From Eutreptiella sp. 'Long Island Sound 2002' (Eukaryota > Protista > Euglenida): a stretch of DNA of 64,000 nucleotides. The translations under genes and the position numbers were made by a program. Below the pieces are notes generated by a model. That model searched no databases and was not told where the DNA came from. It saw only the letters and a program-made list of their open reading frames with translations. Positions 49,401-60,000 of this stretch are shown here, piece by piece. The DNA is taken from NCBI GenBank assembly GCA_964036045.1, contig OZ038378.1:141174001-141238000 (forward strand). Direction: 5' to 3'. The first letter of the stretch is position 1, and each line of letters opens with the position of its first letter.

Positions 49401-51300
49401 GCGCGACATTCCTTAATAAAAAAAATTCGGGTCTCCTGTACGACAGTTTGGAAAATAGATGTACACGACTGCTTGCTTGCTTGCTTGCTTGCTGCTGCTA
49501 AAATGTGTTGCTCACCCTGGACCCTAAGAAGCTTTGTGAAACCTCGACAGGGTAAACCCAGCTCGGTAATTAAATACCTAATTAATTATGGTCTGGTCCC
49601 TAAAAATACGATCCGAACGGAAGTGTTCGGTGGACACAGCATTCGTTGGACAGGGGGGGGGTGGATGTTTTTTTGACTGAAACAAAAGAAAGAAAACAAA
49701 TTCACTGAAAAACACCCTGCCTGTGACTCAGGCTGGCCAGCTGCTCCAAACGAGGGCCATGACGTCAGGTTTTGGGCTAGTCAGCATGATCCTGACCTCG
49801 CAGTTAGGGTTAGCGTAAGGAAACGAGGAGGAGGGGGGGGGGGGTTGATGGGCCATGATGTCAGGCTTTCAGATTCAGATCAGCAGCATGGCCCTGACCC
49901 CCTGCCAGGCGAGTCTTAAAACAGGCTGTGGAGGCGTAGGTTTACATTCTGGACCACAAAAGTGGCGGTCCGCAAGATGACGGTAACACGGGGTTGTCGT
50001 GCAGAGACCAGGCCGTACTTGCGCAGGGTACAGGCGACCAAAATGTGCTTCACCAAAGACTCCCACCTCGATGTGGAGCTGTGGGCGTGCCCAACCCATG
50101 CAGCATGTGCAGCACCAGGGGAGCACATGTTGTCCCAGTGTGCGCCTGTTTCGACAAATGGGGGAGGTGGGGTTGTCGGCGAGACAGGATAGAAAGCAGG
50201 GGCACTGTGTGGGGGGCCTCCTGCAACAAGTTGCGGTCTGGGGTTGTGGGTTGGGTCGTGGCGTTCTGTCTCCGGGCCCCAACCGTGCAGGGATCCGGAA
50301 AATGGCACAAAATGTTGTGGGGCACGGGGGGTGGAGATGATCAGAAGTGGTTGGAGATGGTTGTATGGGAGAGTGGGAGGTGGGAGAAATAAATGGAGAT
50401 TCGGACAGGAGCATCTCCAAAAGAACACAGCCTGTTCTGACAGACATTCAATATCATCGCTGCATTTACGCGTGCATATGCAGACACGGGGCAGGGCAGG
50501 GCAGGGCATGGGGTCAGACCACAAAGGCACGAGTCGAGGTTAGGGTTAATCACGAGGGCAAATCAGCCCAAAACATGCGGCCAAAAACAGAGGCATGGAT
50601 TTTCAGGCAGGGGCATGCGCTGTTCCACAGTCCCGGCGCCCATGGGACCCCGTGGGCCAGACAACGCTGCCGGGAACGACGGCTTTGTGTTGAAGGGAGG
50701 AGGGGAGAGGGGGGGGTCCGGGCAGGGTGCTGTGCATCCCATTTGCAATGGTAAAGCGCCTCCACACTTCTCCTGAGCCTCCTCCTGCTCCATTCTTGAC
50801 GCACACTCACCACCACCAGAAACAGCAGCACCAACAACAGCAGCACCAGTGCTATTACCACCACCAGTACCAGCACCAGCACCGGGACTATAAGCACCAC
50901 CACCATCAGTAAGCACGCGCAAGATGACGACAAGTGGTTTGCTTTCTGCCGCAAGCTTGGTGAGTGGTACGGGGACATATGAAGTTGAATTTCACAAGAA
51001 ACTTAACGCTGGATGCTGGGCACGAATCTCCTTGCACGAGACTTTTTCTACGGTACATCAACACAGCATACATGATGAGATATCTGGCGTTATGACTGTT
51101 GCTATTACTGTTGCAGCTACTGTGCTGTTGCTGTGACTGTTACTGGTATTCTTAATCTTACTGCTACTGCATCTGCTAGGGTCACCCGTACTGGTACTGT
51201 TGCTGTTGCTGATCTGTTCCTGTTGCCGTTACCGTTACTGTTGCTGCTAATGCTACCATCACTATCACCGAAAGCACTCACTGAAGATGCCGATCCAATG

Positions 51301-53382
51301 CTACGTATCCGCCAGCCGCTTCTTCGGGAGGGTACTGAGGCCATGGTACAGCCGCTTATCGGATCCCACCAAATTGGTCCTCAACTTCCGGCTGATGGTG
51401 GCCTGCCTCTCCGTCTTCGTCCCCCCTGCCACAGCAGCCCCAACAGAAGCCACGCTAGTTGATGTGGGGAGCAGCGCAAGGGTGTCCGGTGGAGGCCCAG
51501 CGCGCGGGCCCCTGGCGGCCGCCTCTTGGTCGTCCGCCCACTGGTAGTACTCCTGCAACTTGGAGCGGTAGGGCTGCACTCCATTCACGGTGCGGTCCAG
51601 CGTACTGGTCCCACTGTGCATGGAGGTCGCCTGCGTGACCTGCGAGTCGCCGATCCCAGGGCTCGGCATGACGAGCACCGAACCCGGGGCCAGGGGCGGT
51701 GCGGACATCCCGGGGGCCTGACTGCTGCGCGTGGGCTGGTGGCACGACAGGCACCGCACGGTCGCGGAAGACTCCACATCAGCCACCGGAATGGCCACGG
51801 GCTGCGTGGTCGGCTGAAGCCCCAACGATCGCCGGGCCCGCAAGCCTCGCAGTACCGTGGCCCAGTGGTCAGTCTGCTGCCGCACGTAAGTTTCATCTTT
51901 TGGTGCATCGGGTTCGAATCCTTGAAGCACGGCCCCGGGCGTGGTCAGGAGCTGGGCCAATAGTTCAGGTGCAGGGTATTGGTCCGCAAGCGGAGGCAGC
52001 TGCTCACCGGCCGGATCCCGCACCCCTTCCGGAGGATCGGTCGTCAGCGAGGCCTTCAGCCTCTGCATCGCGTCGGAGCTCATGATGCCGGACTCAAAGA
52101 GCTCCACCAGCGCCTCCCTGTCCAACGATCCATTGGCGACGCCCTCCTTCAAAGCCCCCACCGTGTCATTGAAGCGGGGCTCGTCCGCGGGGTACAGCCC
52201 GGAGCCCAGCGAGGGGTCGCCGCTGGCGGGCGACCCGGGCCGCTGCTGCCGGAACGAGTTGAACTCCGCCTTCCCGAGCTTCCGCCGATCCATCTTCTGA
52301 ACATACGTGTCCAGCTGCTCCACTCGCTCCACAAGGGCCTGCCACGCGTTGCTTTCAGGGGAGACCATGTCCTTAACCTTCCGGAACATGGTCTCCACGT
52401 CCGCCTGCAGCGTCTCCACATGGGCCTTCTCCGCCTTCTTCCCAAGGCCCAGGGACAGGCTTCGGTCCGTGCACGTCGTGACCTCCACGAGCTCCTGCAC
52501 CTTCCCCCAGTGCTCCTGCACTTGCTTCTGCAGCCCGGAGATGTCGATGGCCTTCTGCACTTTGTCCAGGTCCTCCGTCGTGGCCGTGAACAGCAGCGTC
52601 TGCTCCGCCCTCCCAATGCGCTTGTGGATGTGGTCCAGCTTCGCGCCCATGCGCTGCTTCTCGGTCTCGGCGCTGTCCGCAAGCGCTTTGAAGTGCTGTG
52701 TGCCGCTGACGTACGCTCGCTTGCGAGTCTCGGCCTCGGGCGTACACAACTCCATCAGCCTCTCCTTCTCGAAGCCCAAAGCGCACCACAGCGCGTCCGT
52801 GCACTGGGTAGTGTCGGTGAGTCGCTCGTTGTGCCTCTGCAGAGTCTCCGAGTGCTTGTCCAGCGTCGCCTCCAGCGGCTTGGGCAGGGCGTCAATCAGC
52901 GCCCGTAGGTCCTGGGACTCCCCCGTCAGTTTTGCTTCCAAGGCCTTGTCTGTTTGGGTGGAGTGCGTTTCCACGGACGTGATCCGCGCCTCGAGGCTGT
53001 TCTGCATTTCATCGGTGCGCTGTTCCAGGATCTTTATGGACTCGATGACGCGGATCGTCTTCTGGTCCTTCTGCGTCTTCATGTATTCCAGGTCCCGATA
53101 CGCGTCGTTCTGCAACTTGTCGATCTTGGCGTGGAGCTTTGTGCTGTGCTCATGCAGCTTTTGCTCAGTTTCCGTTCGCATTTGTCTGCTGTCCTGATTG
53201 AGCCCCGCGAGCTTCGTCTCGAGGGTCTCCAGGTTCCGGTTTGTCAACTGGATGGCCTTGGCCATGTTCTGCAGAACATTGTAGATCTGGATGCTGTTGA
53301 CGCTGACAGTGCACTGCACCAAATCATGGGGAGAAAAGTCCATAAAAGAGTCCGCATGGCCGGGCTCCACTGCGACCACCAT
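51301..53382 (-). CDS. Intronless 693-aa coiled-coil protein with C-terminal RCLSC and GSDKRLYHG motifs (QRICH2/DUF4795-like by motif recall); candidate retrogene
   Basis: 2082-nt uninterrupted ORF, ATG at 53382 with in-frame stops just upstream, TAG at 51301. GC3-rich codons and a heptad-like N-terminal half. Confidence 0.92.
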   Translation of the reverse strand: MVVAVEPGHADSFMDFSPHDLVQCTVSVNSIQIYNVLQNMAKAIQLTNRNLETLETKLAGLNQDSRQMRTETEQKLHEHSTKLHAKIDKLQNDAYRDLEYMKTQKDQKTIRVIESIKILEQRTDEMQNSLEARITSVETHSTQTDKALEAKLTGESQDLRALIDALPKPLEATLDKHSETLQRHNERLTDTTQCTDALWCALGFEKERLMELCTPEAETRKRAYVSGTQHFKALADSAETEKQRMGAKLDHIHKRIGRAEQTLLFTATTEDLDKVQKAIDISGLQKQVQEHWGKVQELVEVTTCTDRSLSLGLGKKAEKAHVETLQADVETMFRKVKDMVSPESNAWQALVERVEQLDTYVQKMDRRKLGKAEFNSFRQQRPGSPASGDPSLGSGLYPADEPRFNDTVGALKEGVANGSLDREALVELFESGIMSSDAMQRLKASLTTDPPEGVRDPAGEQLPPLADQYPAPELLAQLLTTPGAVLQGFEPDAPKDETYVRQQTDHWATVLRGLRARRSLGLQPTTQPVAIPVADVESSATVRCLSCHQPTRSSQAPGMSAPPLAPGSVLVMPSPGIGDSQVTQATSMHSGTSTLDRTVNGVQPYRSKLQEYYQWADDQEAAARGPRAGPPPDTLALLPTSTSVASVGAAVAGGTKTERQATISRKLRTNLVGSDKRLYHGLSTLPKKRLADT

Positions 53383-53435
53383 CGCAGAGAAGGAATCAAA
53401 GGCAGCCGAATCAGGGACAGACGCGGATGGCCATG

Positions 53436-53462
53436 CTGATAAAAAAAAAGAAACTCAGAAAG
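53436..53462 (-). other. Genomic relic of the euglenid spliced leader ending in a CAG acceptor
   Basis: The minus strand reads CTTTCTGAGTTTCTTTTTTTTTATCAG. Against the euglenid SL as I recall it, (A)CTTTCTGAGTGTCTATTTTTTTTCG, 20 of the first 22 positions are identical. It lies 53 nt upstream of the ATG. Confidence 0.75.
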
Positions 53463-53850
53463 CATGTTTGCGAGTGTTTGCTTGTACATGCGAAAACCTT
53501 CCGAAGGGACAGGACCAGGGGTCTCAGGGGGGTCAGCCCTCACACAGGACCAATGGCCATTCTGAATCTGGCAGCAAGGGTCCCTCAGACCCCGGTCTTT
53601 GGATGGATGGAGGCTTAGGTAGCCCCGTCCCAGCGGTTCCACGCAGCGCCCTGTTCGCATACATCACAACCGCTTGCCTGGGCAGTAGTGTTGAGCACTT
53701 ACGCCCATGCCGGCTCACTTGTTGGCTGCCTGCGAGGGGCCTACTGTGTTGGTAACTCTGCCACCTCCACTTGGTCACCAGTGTGCCGGCCTGGCCGGCA
53801 TGCCCCCTTGCGCAGTGTCTAACACCCTGTCCTACTGCAGCACACACCCC

Positions 53851-54060
53851 ATGGGGGCGTTTTTGCACAGTGCGCGCACAGCGCCAATTATTACATTGTT
53901 TGTCCCGGGAACACCCCTGAAAACCACCCACCTACAGAAGCGTGCATGATCCATTCAAAACAGCATCAGGGGTGCAGAATTCAGGACCCTGGGACCCGTG
54001 GCTGCCGTGGCTGGTGAAAAACAGCTGACTTATCGCACAGCGCACGGTGCGCCCCCCATG
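53851..54060. mobile_element. MITE-like repeat with short inverted ends (catgggggcg...cgccccccatg)
   Basis: Homologous to 14724-15046. A further end-like catgggggcg occurs at ~55172. Confidence 0.75.
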
Positions 54061-54273
54061 GCACTGTATCTTGGCATGTTGCTCGCACGTCCATGGGCGT
54101 ATTAGCGTACCAACCATACTCTGGCTTTCGCTATCTCTTCAGACCCGATGCTAGGGAGAAGGCCAATCGTCTCCAACAGCTCTGCAAAGCGAGTGCTGGG
54201 TTGGATGCAGGCGGGTTATGGGGTGTGGTTTGGGGACGGCAAAGGGCGCAATTTTTCTGCAAATGTGCCCGCC

Positions 54274-55056
54274 CCATACATGGCATTAGCGTCCGTTTAA
54301 ACGGACACTTACGGACGCACCCAAAAATCAAAACGGACGCAAACGGACGCACCCCAAAACTGAAACGGACGCAAACGGACGCACCCAATCTGAAAAAACA
54401 TGCTCACATTGCTCACAACACACCACGTGCCCTCACAACTTCTACAATATGCAGGGAAAGTCAAAACAAAAAAAAGCAAACAAAAAATTTCCCATGGTGT
54501 CCCTGAACCTGCCAGTATCCTGCAGAATAGCCCCACAGGGGTTAGAACCCAGGACCTTCCCATTGCAGGGCACTGCTTTACCACTAGGGCAGGGCCCATC
54601 TCTGATATACTTCTGCCCAGGGGTGGTATTCATATTTGGTCCAATTTGGTTTTCATCCACTATTGGGTTCTCCAAAAAAAAACTGAGTATTTTGAGTATA
54701 GACACATGGGGTGAAAACCCAATTTTTCACCCTCTACTCAGTCAAGCAAAATTTCCTTAGGGCGCCTTCGGTGCCCATGGTCCGGCACTTCCGGGCCAAA
54801 ACCTGGCAGGGAGGGGGGGGGAGGGGAGTCGGCGTAAAGGGTCCGGTCCCGGCGCCCCCCCCGTGGGTGTCATGCTAGTCCAAGGCACTCTATGTGGCCG
54901 GCCATCATCCCTGCACAAACACACCCAAAAAGGAAAAACGGACGCAAACGGACGCACCCAAAAATCAAAACGGACGCGAACGGACGCACTCAGAACTCAA
55001 AACGGACGCAAACGGACGAGTACCCGTATCAAAACGGACGCTAATGCCATGTATGG
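54274..55056. mobile_element. Non-autonomous DNA transposon with perfect 25-bp TIRs and a 6-bp TSD
   Basis: TIR ccatacatggcattagcgtccgttt (25/25). cccgcc is duplicated at 54268-54273 and 55057-55062. Subterminal aaacggacgc repeats. Confidence 0.85.
54529..54597 (-). pseudogene. tRNA-Cys(GCA)-like degenerate copy inside the TIR element
   Basis: GGCCCTGCCCTAGTGGTAAAGCAGTGCCCTGCAATGGGAAGGTCCTGGGTTCTAACCCCTGTGGGGCT has A/B boxes, a CTGCAAT loop and a T arm. The anticodon stem is broken. Confidence 0.55.
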
Positions 55057-56789
55057 CCCGCCCATGAGCGACAGAGTATTGGTAGGGGGGGGTTGCGAGG
55101 GATGCTGCGGGCGCTGCTCTGCCGGTCTGCAGGGGAGCACATGGTAGTAGCACTGGACTCAGAGTATGTGCATGGGGGCGTCTTGCGCGGTGTGCGCATG
55201 CTGTGCACAAAATTTGTACTGGACTGTACCCAAGCTGCATAGCAGTGCCTGGTACCAGTAACAATGAGCCTACCTCCTATTATGTAGACCTTCTTATTGG
55301 AGTCATGCCATCCCCAATGCAACCAAGGGAAAGCCAAGAGGCCTTCGTCACTGCCGCTCAGGAGGGTGTTACGATCGCCAATGCCACAGCGTCCCTCTTT
55401 CCCAGGGACAACACTACGCAGTCCAGCAAAATGAATGAACCCTGGTTCGATCGGCAACCCTGCCGATTTTACCATGTTCGCCGACCAGCACTACTACTGT
55501 CTTCAGCGTTGTTTCCGACCTTTGTGAAGTACAACGTTGGAACCGGTATGTACAACTACGCTATTGACGCTACCAATGCCCCAACTGCTGTGGTATGCAC
55601 TTACCATCCACCAGATCGCACCACATGAATACCCCACGACGATGCAATGCTGGGGAATATTGGGTCACAAAAGAATTGCAAAAAGGGACACAGTGCCAGA
55701 CCCCTAGTGCGTGTAACTCTTGCAAAGGGGGGGGGGGTTGGACCTTCTCCGAACAACTGAATACGCTTTCAAGGCTCCCTTTAGGAAAGAAGGCCGAGGC
55801 AAAGGGACGGGCATGGATGTATTAGAAGGGGGGGAGAGGGGGGGTTCTGAAGGGGGGGGGGGTTGGCTGGGACCCCCCTCCTCCTAGGGTGTCCTAGTAC
55901 TTTCAGTAGATTTATGCTGAGCTGTGAAAAATGAAGAAAATTTTTTCAAAAATCTTTTTCACTCTGTGCAGGATCCTGCCTCACTCTGTGATGACAGTGC
56001 TGGGAATTGAACCACTTCCAGAGGAACTGAATGCCCAGTGAACTAACACTGAGGTGATGACAGTCTCTGACAACGTACTGCTCACCGATGGTCTAGATAA
56101 TCTGGTCAGAAAATTCTTTTCCAAAAATTCCCCTCCTTTTGCCAACCAATCCTCATTCATAACATAATACAAGATGCTGGGTCCTCATTTAGCATCATTG
56201 CATCATTCTGGTCCGCCTCAAAACCACAAGCAGCATACAAAAACAGGTCACACACAGACACAAAGCTTTCAAGGTTGTTAACTATTCCGTTCGCTGTTCA
56301 TACCCCAATTTCAGGAAGTCAAAGCCGTGGGGGCAAACAAGGCGGGAGTGGCGAAGGCGAGGAGGGCAGGAGAGGAACTTACAGATTTTTATTGTTACAA
56401 CCCACCCTGCTCTCTCGGACCCCTTGGGTGCCTAGGCGTCCTCCCCCCCCCTTAGGGCAGAAGGTGAAGGTGAACCCTGCCTGCCCAGGCACCCAGCCAT
56501 CAGACAACACTCATTTAACAAAGAAGAGATGGTTCCAAAAGGGAAAATCTTTTTGCCAGTGGTGCTGTCCGTGGCCCCCTGTGTTGAACTAACTTTTGTT
56601 TGTTTCATTGACTGGGGCTGGTTGATGAATAGAGGTTTGGGGAAGGGGTCGAGAGCACGGGGGAGGGGTTAAAGGGGTATGATGGCCTGTGACTAACTGA
56701 TGAACCGGGTCCCCCCAATTAAGGAGGACCCCAATTCCGTGCATTCAATTACACATTAGAAGGGGAGGGGGGGGGTCAGGGGGGGGGGG

Positions 56790-56920
56790 GGGGTACGGGT
56801 ATTTGGTAAAACTTAGTACCGGACGAGGTAACACTTAGTAACATTTGGTAAAACTTAGTAGATACGAGGTAAAACCTAGTAAAAAAAATTGTTAAATTTT
56901 TTTTTACTAAGTCCACTAAG
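56790..56920. repeat. Short AT-rich ggtaaaacttagta repeats
   Basis: About four degenerate copies next to the 3' side of the MULE. Confidence 0.6.
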
Positions 56921-57009
56921 TCCCCCCCCCGGGCTGCCGTTTTAAACAGAGTAGTCAACACTTCGATGGTAGGTGGTACTTTTGTTGAAGGGCACAAGGC
57001 CCCCGAGTC

Positions 57010-60000
57010 AATTCTCGGCCACTTGTGTTAGTGGCGCCCCACCCAAGCCAAACCATCATGCACACCAATTAGTTGGCACTCGGCCAACATAACAAAATAT
57101 AATTGGGGTTGGGCAGTAGAAACAAAATTAGGCTCAAGAAAAGAGTCCTGACAGGGCCATGGCCAACATCTGTGGGAACTACTTGCAAGTGGTTACAAAA
57201 GACACGGTTGAAAATCAAGTCGGCCTTGGTATGTGCATGGCGCGGTTTGCCTCGCACTGTGGGATTATTGGTGCACATCCCAAACAGAGCCGTTTTCAAC
57301 TCCCCTTGCAGCTCAGTGCAAAATGCTTGGTCATTTCTCAGTTGACCCTCGGCATTTTGGGGATATTGAGGAGGTACTGCATACCACTTGCGACAGATCC
57401 AGCAGCAACAACAACAATAGGCACACCAGCATAGGTGTCAATAGCAGTAGCAGCAACAACAGCAGAAGCAACAACAAAAGCAACAGCAACAGCAGCAAGG
57501 TTGGCCGTCCAGAATTGGCGCAACCCAACACAAATCTCCGATTGACACAAGATGGACGCATGCAAGGCACATGAAGAACCTTACATTCGTGGCACACCAT
57601 GTGAGGTGTGCCATCACAAGAAAAGCATGTGTCAACGGGGTCCACAGATTTGGGTTCATGGTACATCCGAGCCACCTCCCAATGTACCGCTAGGTCCTTG
57701 AGGTGGAGGCCGATGTGGAACGACTGAAGAACAGAGTAGCCTCAGCCATTTCACGCGACAACCACAATCAATCTTGTGGGACTTGCAATATGCCCTTGAC
57801 AACGCGCCGAGACAAGGCACAATGCAACGTCAAGAGACATGCCGGATGGCAACTGACACCATCAATCTGCTGGATGAAGGTGGAATGCAGGGGTGCAATT
57901 GCAAATGCAAGGGCACCGAAAGCATCCAAAATCTTTGACCACTTCTTCCGCTGTTGTGGTTCAACGCCTTCTCACTCGGCAATCAAATCCACAACAGCCA
58001 ACTCCTCCTGGTCTGCCCCAACAATGTGTGGCCAGTCACACACTGGGTCAAACTTAAGGCAAAGGTATTCGCGAGTTGGGGCAATCAACAACAAGCGGAG
58101 CACCCAATGACAATTGCTCAAATTATACACCTGCGCCACAATTGGGGGTGGGGCGAAAGACATATCTATAGACGACACTTGCAAAGTGCGGTCTGCCCAT
58201 GATTTAACTAGCTGTTTGCGGTGTTGTGCAGTGGCACATGAGGCATTCCACAAAGAGTCGCGGAAAACCCACGCCACTCCCATTGTGTCCCAATCCGCAC
58301 TGAGAGCGGGTTGGGCAACCCACCAGTAACACACCACAATCTGAGCACAATCTGCGACATAGCTCTCGGTGGTGAGGTCCCTGAAATGGCGTAACTCGAA
58401 CTCAAATTGTTGCGGCGACAAACTTGGAACTGTGACATGTAGTGGCTGCCTCCAATTGTTGCCAAGCAGTGCCTCTACCTGTGACATAGATGGGCGAAAC
58501 GAGCCTTGGCTATCACTGAGTGCTTTGCACACATCAGCCAGGATTTGTTCTGCACTAGGGCACCCAGTAGGAAATGTTGGGTGATCACCAAATGGTGCAG
58601 CAACAACAATTCCGGATGGAATGGAACTGAGTGGGATGGGGTCCAGTGGGGTACTCGATGCCTCGGCCACAGAGGTGCTGCTTCCATCCACATTCATAGA
58701 GGGGGTGGGATGCAAGATGCTTTCCACGTGCACCTCCTTCCTCCACTTTTGCAGCACCCATGTCACCTCATCCCTATCCTTGAACCGTCGGGCTAGACAC
58801 ACCACTCCAACCAAGCAGTGAATGCACCCATCGCAAAAGATACACCACAAATATACGGCCCTATTGCATTGACCACAAGTAAAAGGTGGACGGTACAAGC
58901 GCATTGAATGCCACGATGCATTCACACGGGCCAACTCACACTTCACCTCTTGAGCCAAAGAAAGAGGCTCCCCATCACAGCTACCTTCACCGGAGGAGTC
59001 ATCCTCAACAACTCTTTTGGCCTTTTTTTTGCCACCTTTTTTGGAGGGGTTTGCTTGCGACTTCAACTCACGCACATGCGGCGGCTCAACCCGGGAGACG
59101 ACTGTCCGTCTCACACGGCCGTACCTAAAGGGTCAGACACCAACGTACTTCCATGAGTACCGCAAAGGCACCGTGAAACCGGGCTCCGGAACAAGGAGCC
59201 ATAGCAGAATGCCGTCGCAAATTCCAAGGGTGGAGTATGTGGCACACGTGCAGAACTCCGCCGTGACATGGTGAATGCGGAGGAAAGATAAAAAATGCAT
59301 CCATGTTACCCGGCGGCCTTCGTTGATGGCGGACAAGGTCTCCTTCCACTGGGTAACCTCACCAACCGCGATGGGGGGGTAGTCACGGATGGGCTTGCCG
59401 TTGGCCTCCCGTTTCGCGAGGTCACACCCTGGTGAACAAAAATGGCATCACCATCATCCACAAACACTTTGTTGTGTGGCATCACCTAGGCCTCCTGCCA
59501 CATCCATGGGGCAGGCTGCATGCCTCGGCCACTGAGTTGTTCAAAATAATTCGGTCACTATTACATCCATCCCTGGTCCAGATGTACGTCTCCATACAGG
59601 ACCTCAACAGGCACTGCATAGCACGACCTCTCATTGAAAAGGATAGTAAACGAGGGTGAGGCACCTGGAGACCACATCCCACGATGAAGCAAAAGGCACA
59701 TACCACGACCAGGACCTGGGACTACAGGGACAGGTAACATACACACAACGCAAGCTGGGCAGCGATACCGGCACCCCACAAATCGTGTCAAAAGACAACA
59801 TCCGGATCATGCCTCAGGATGATACCTATGATCAGATGCAGCTTGTCTTCCGCCCCACCACAGCTCGCCGTTAGCACTCGGTGACCCACCGCACCACGTG
59901 CCGACACTGACGTCTGTGCCGCCTTCTGAAATGCTCCAGGCCAAAACAGGGGCACGAACACCCCGTTGCATCCATTGGGATACGCTACGCCAATAACCCC

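Noticed and set aside
56695-56745. CTGATGA followed by a stem (hammerhead ribozyme candidate)
   Set aside because: No GAAA core or stem III follows. The other CTGATGA sites I inspected also lack the core.
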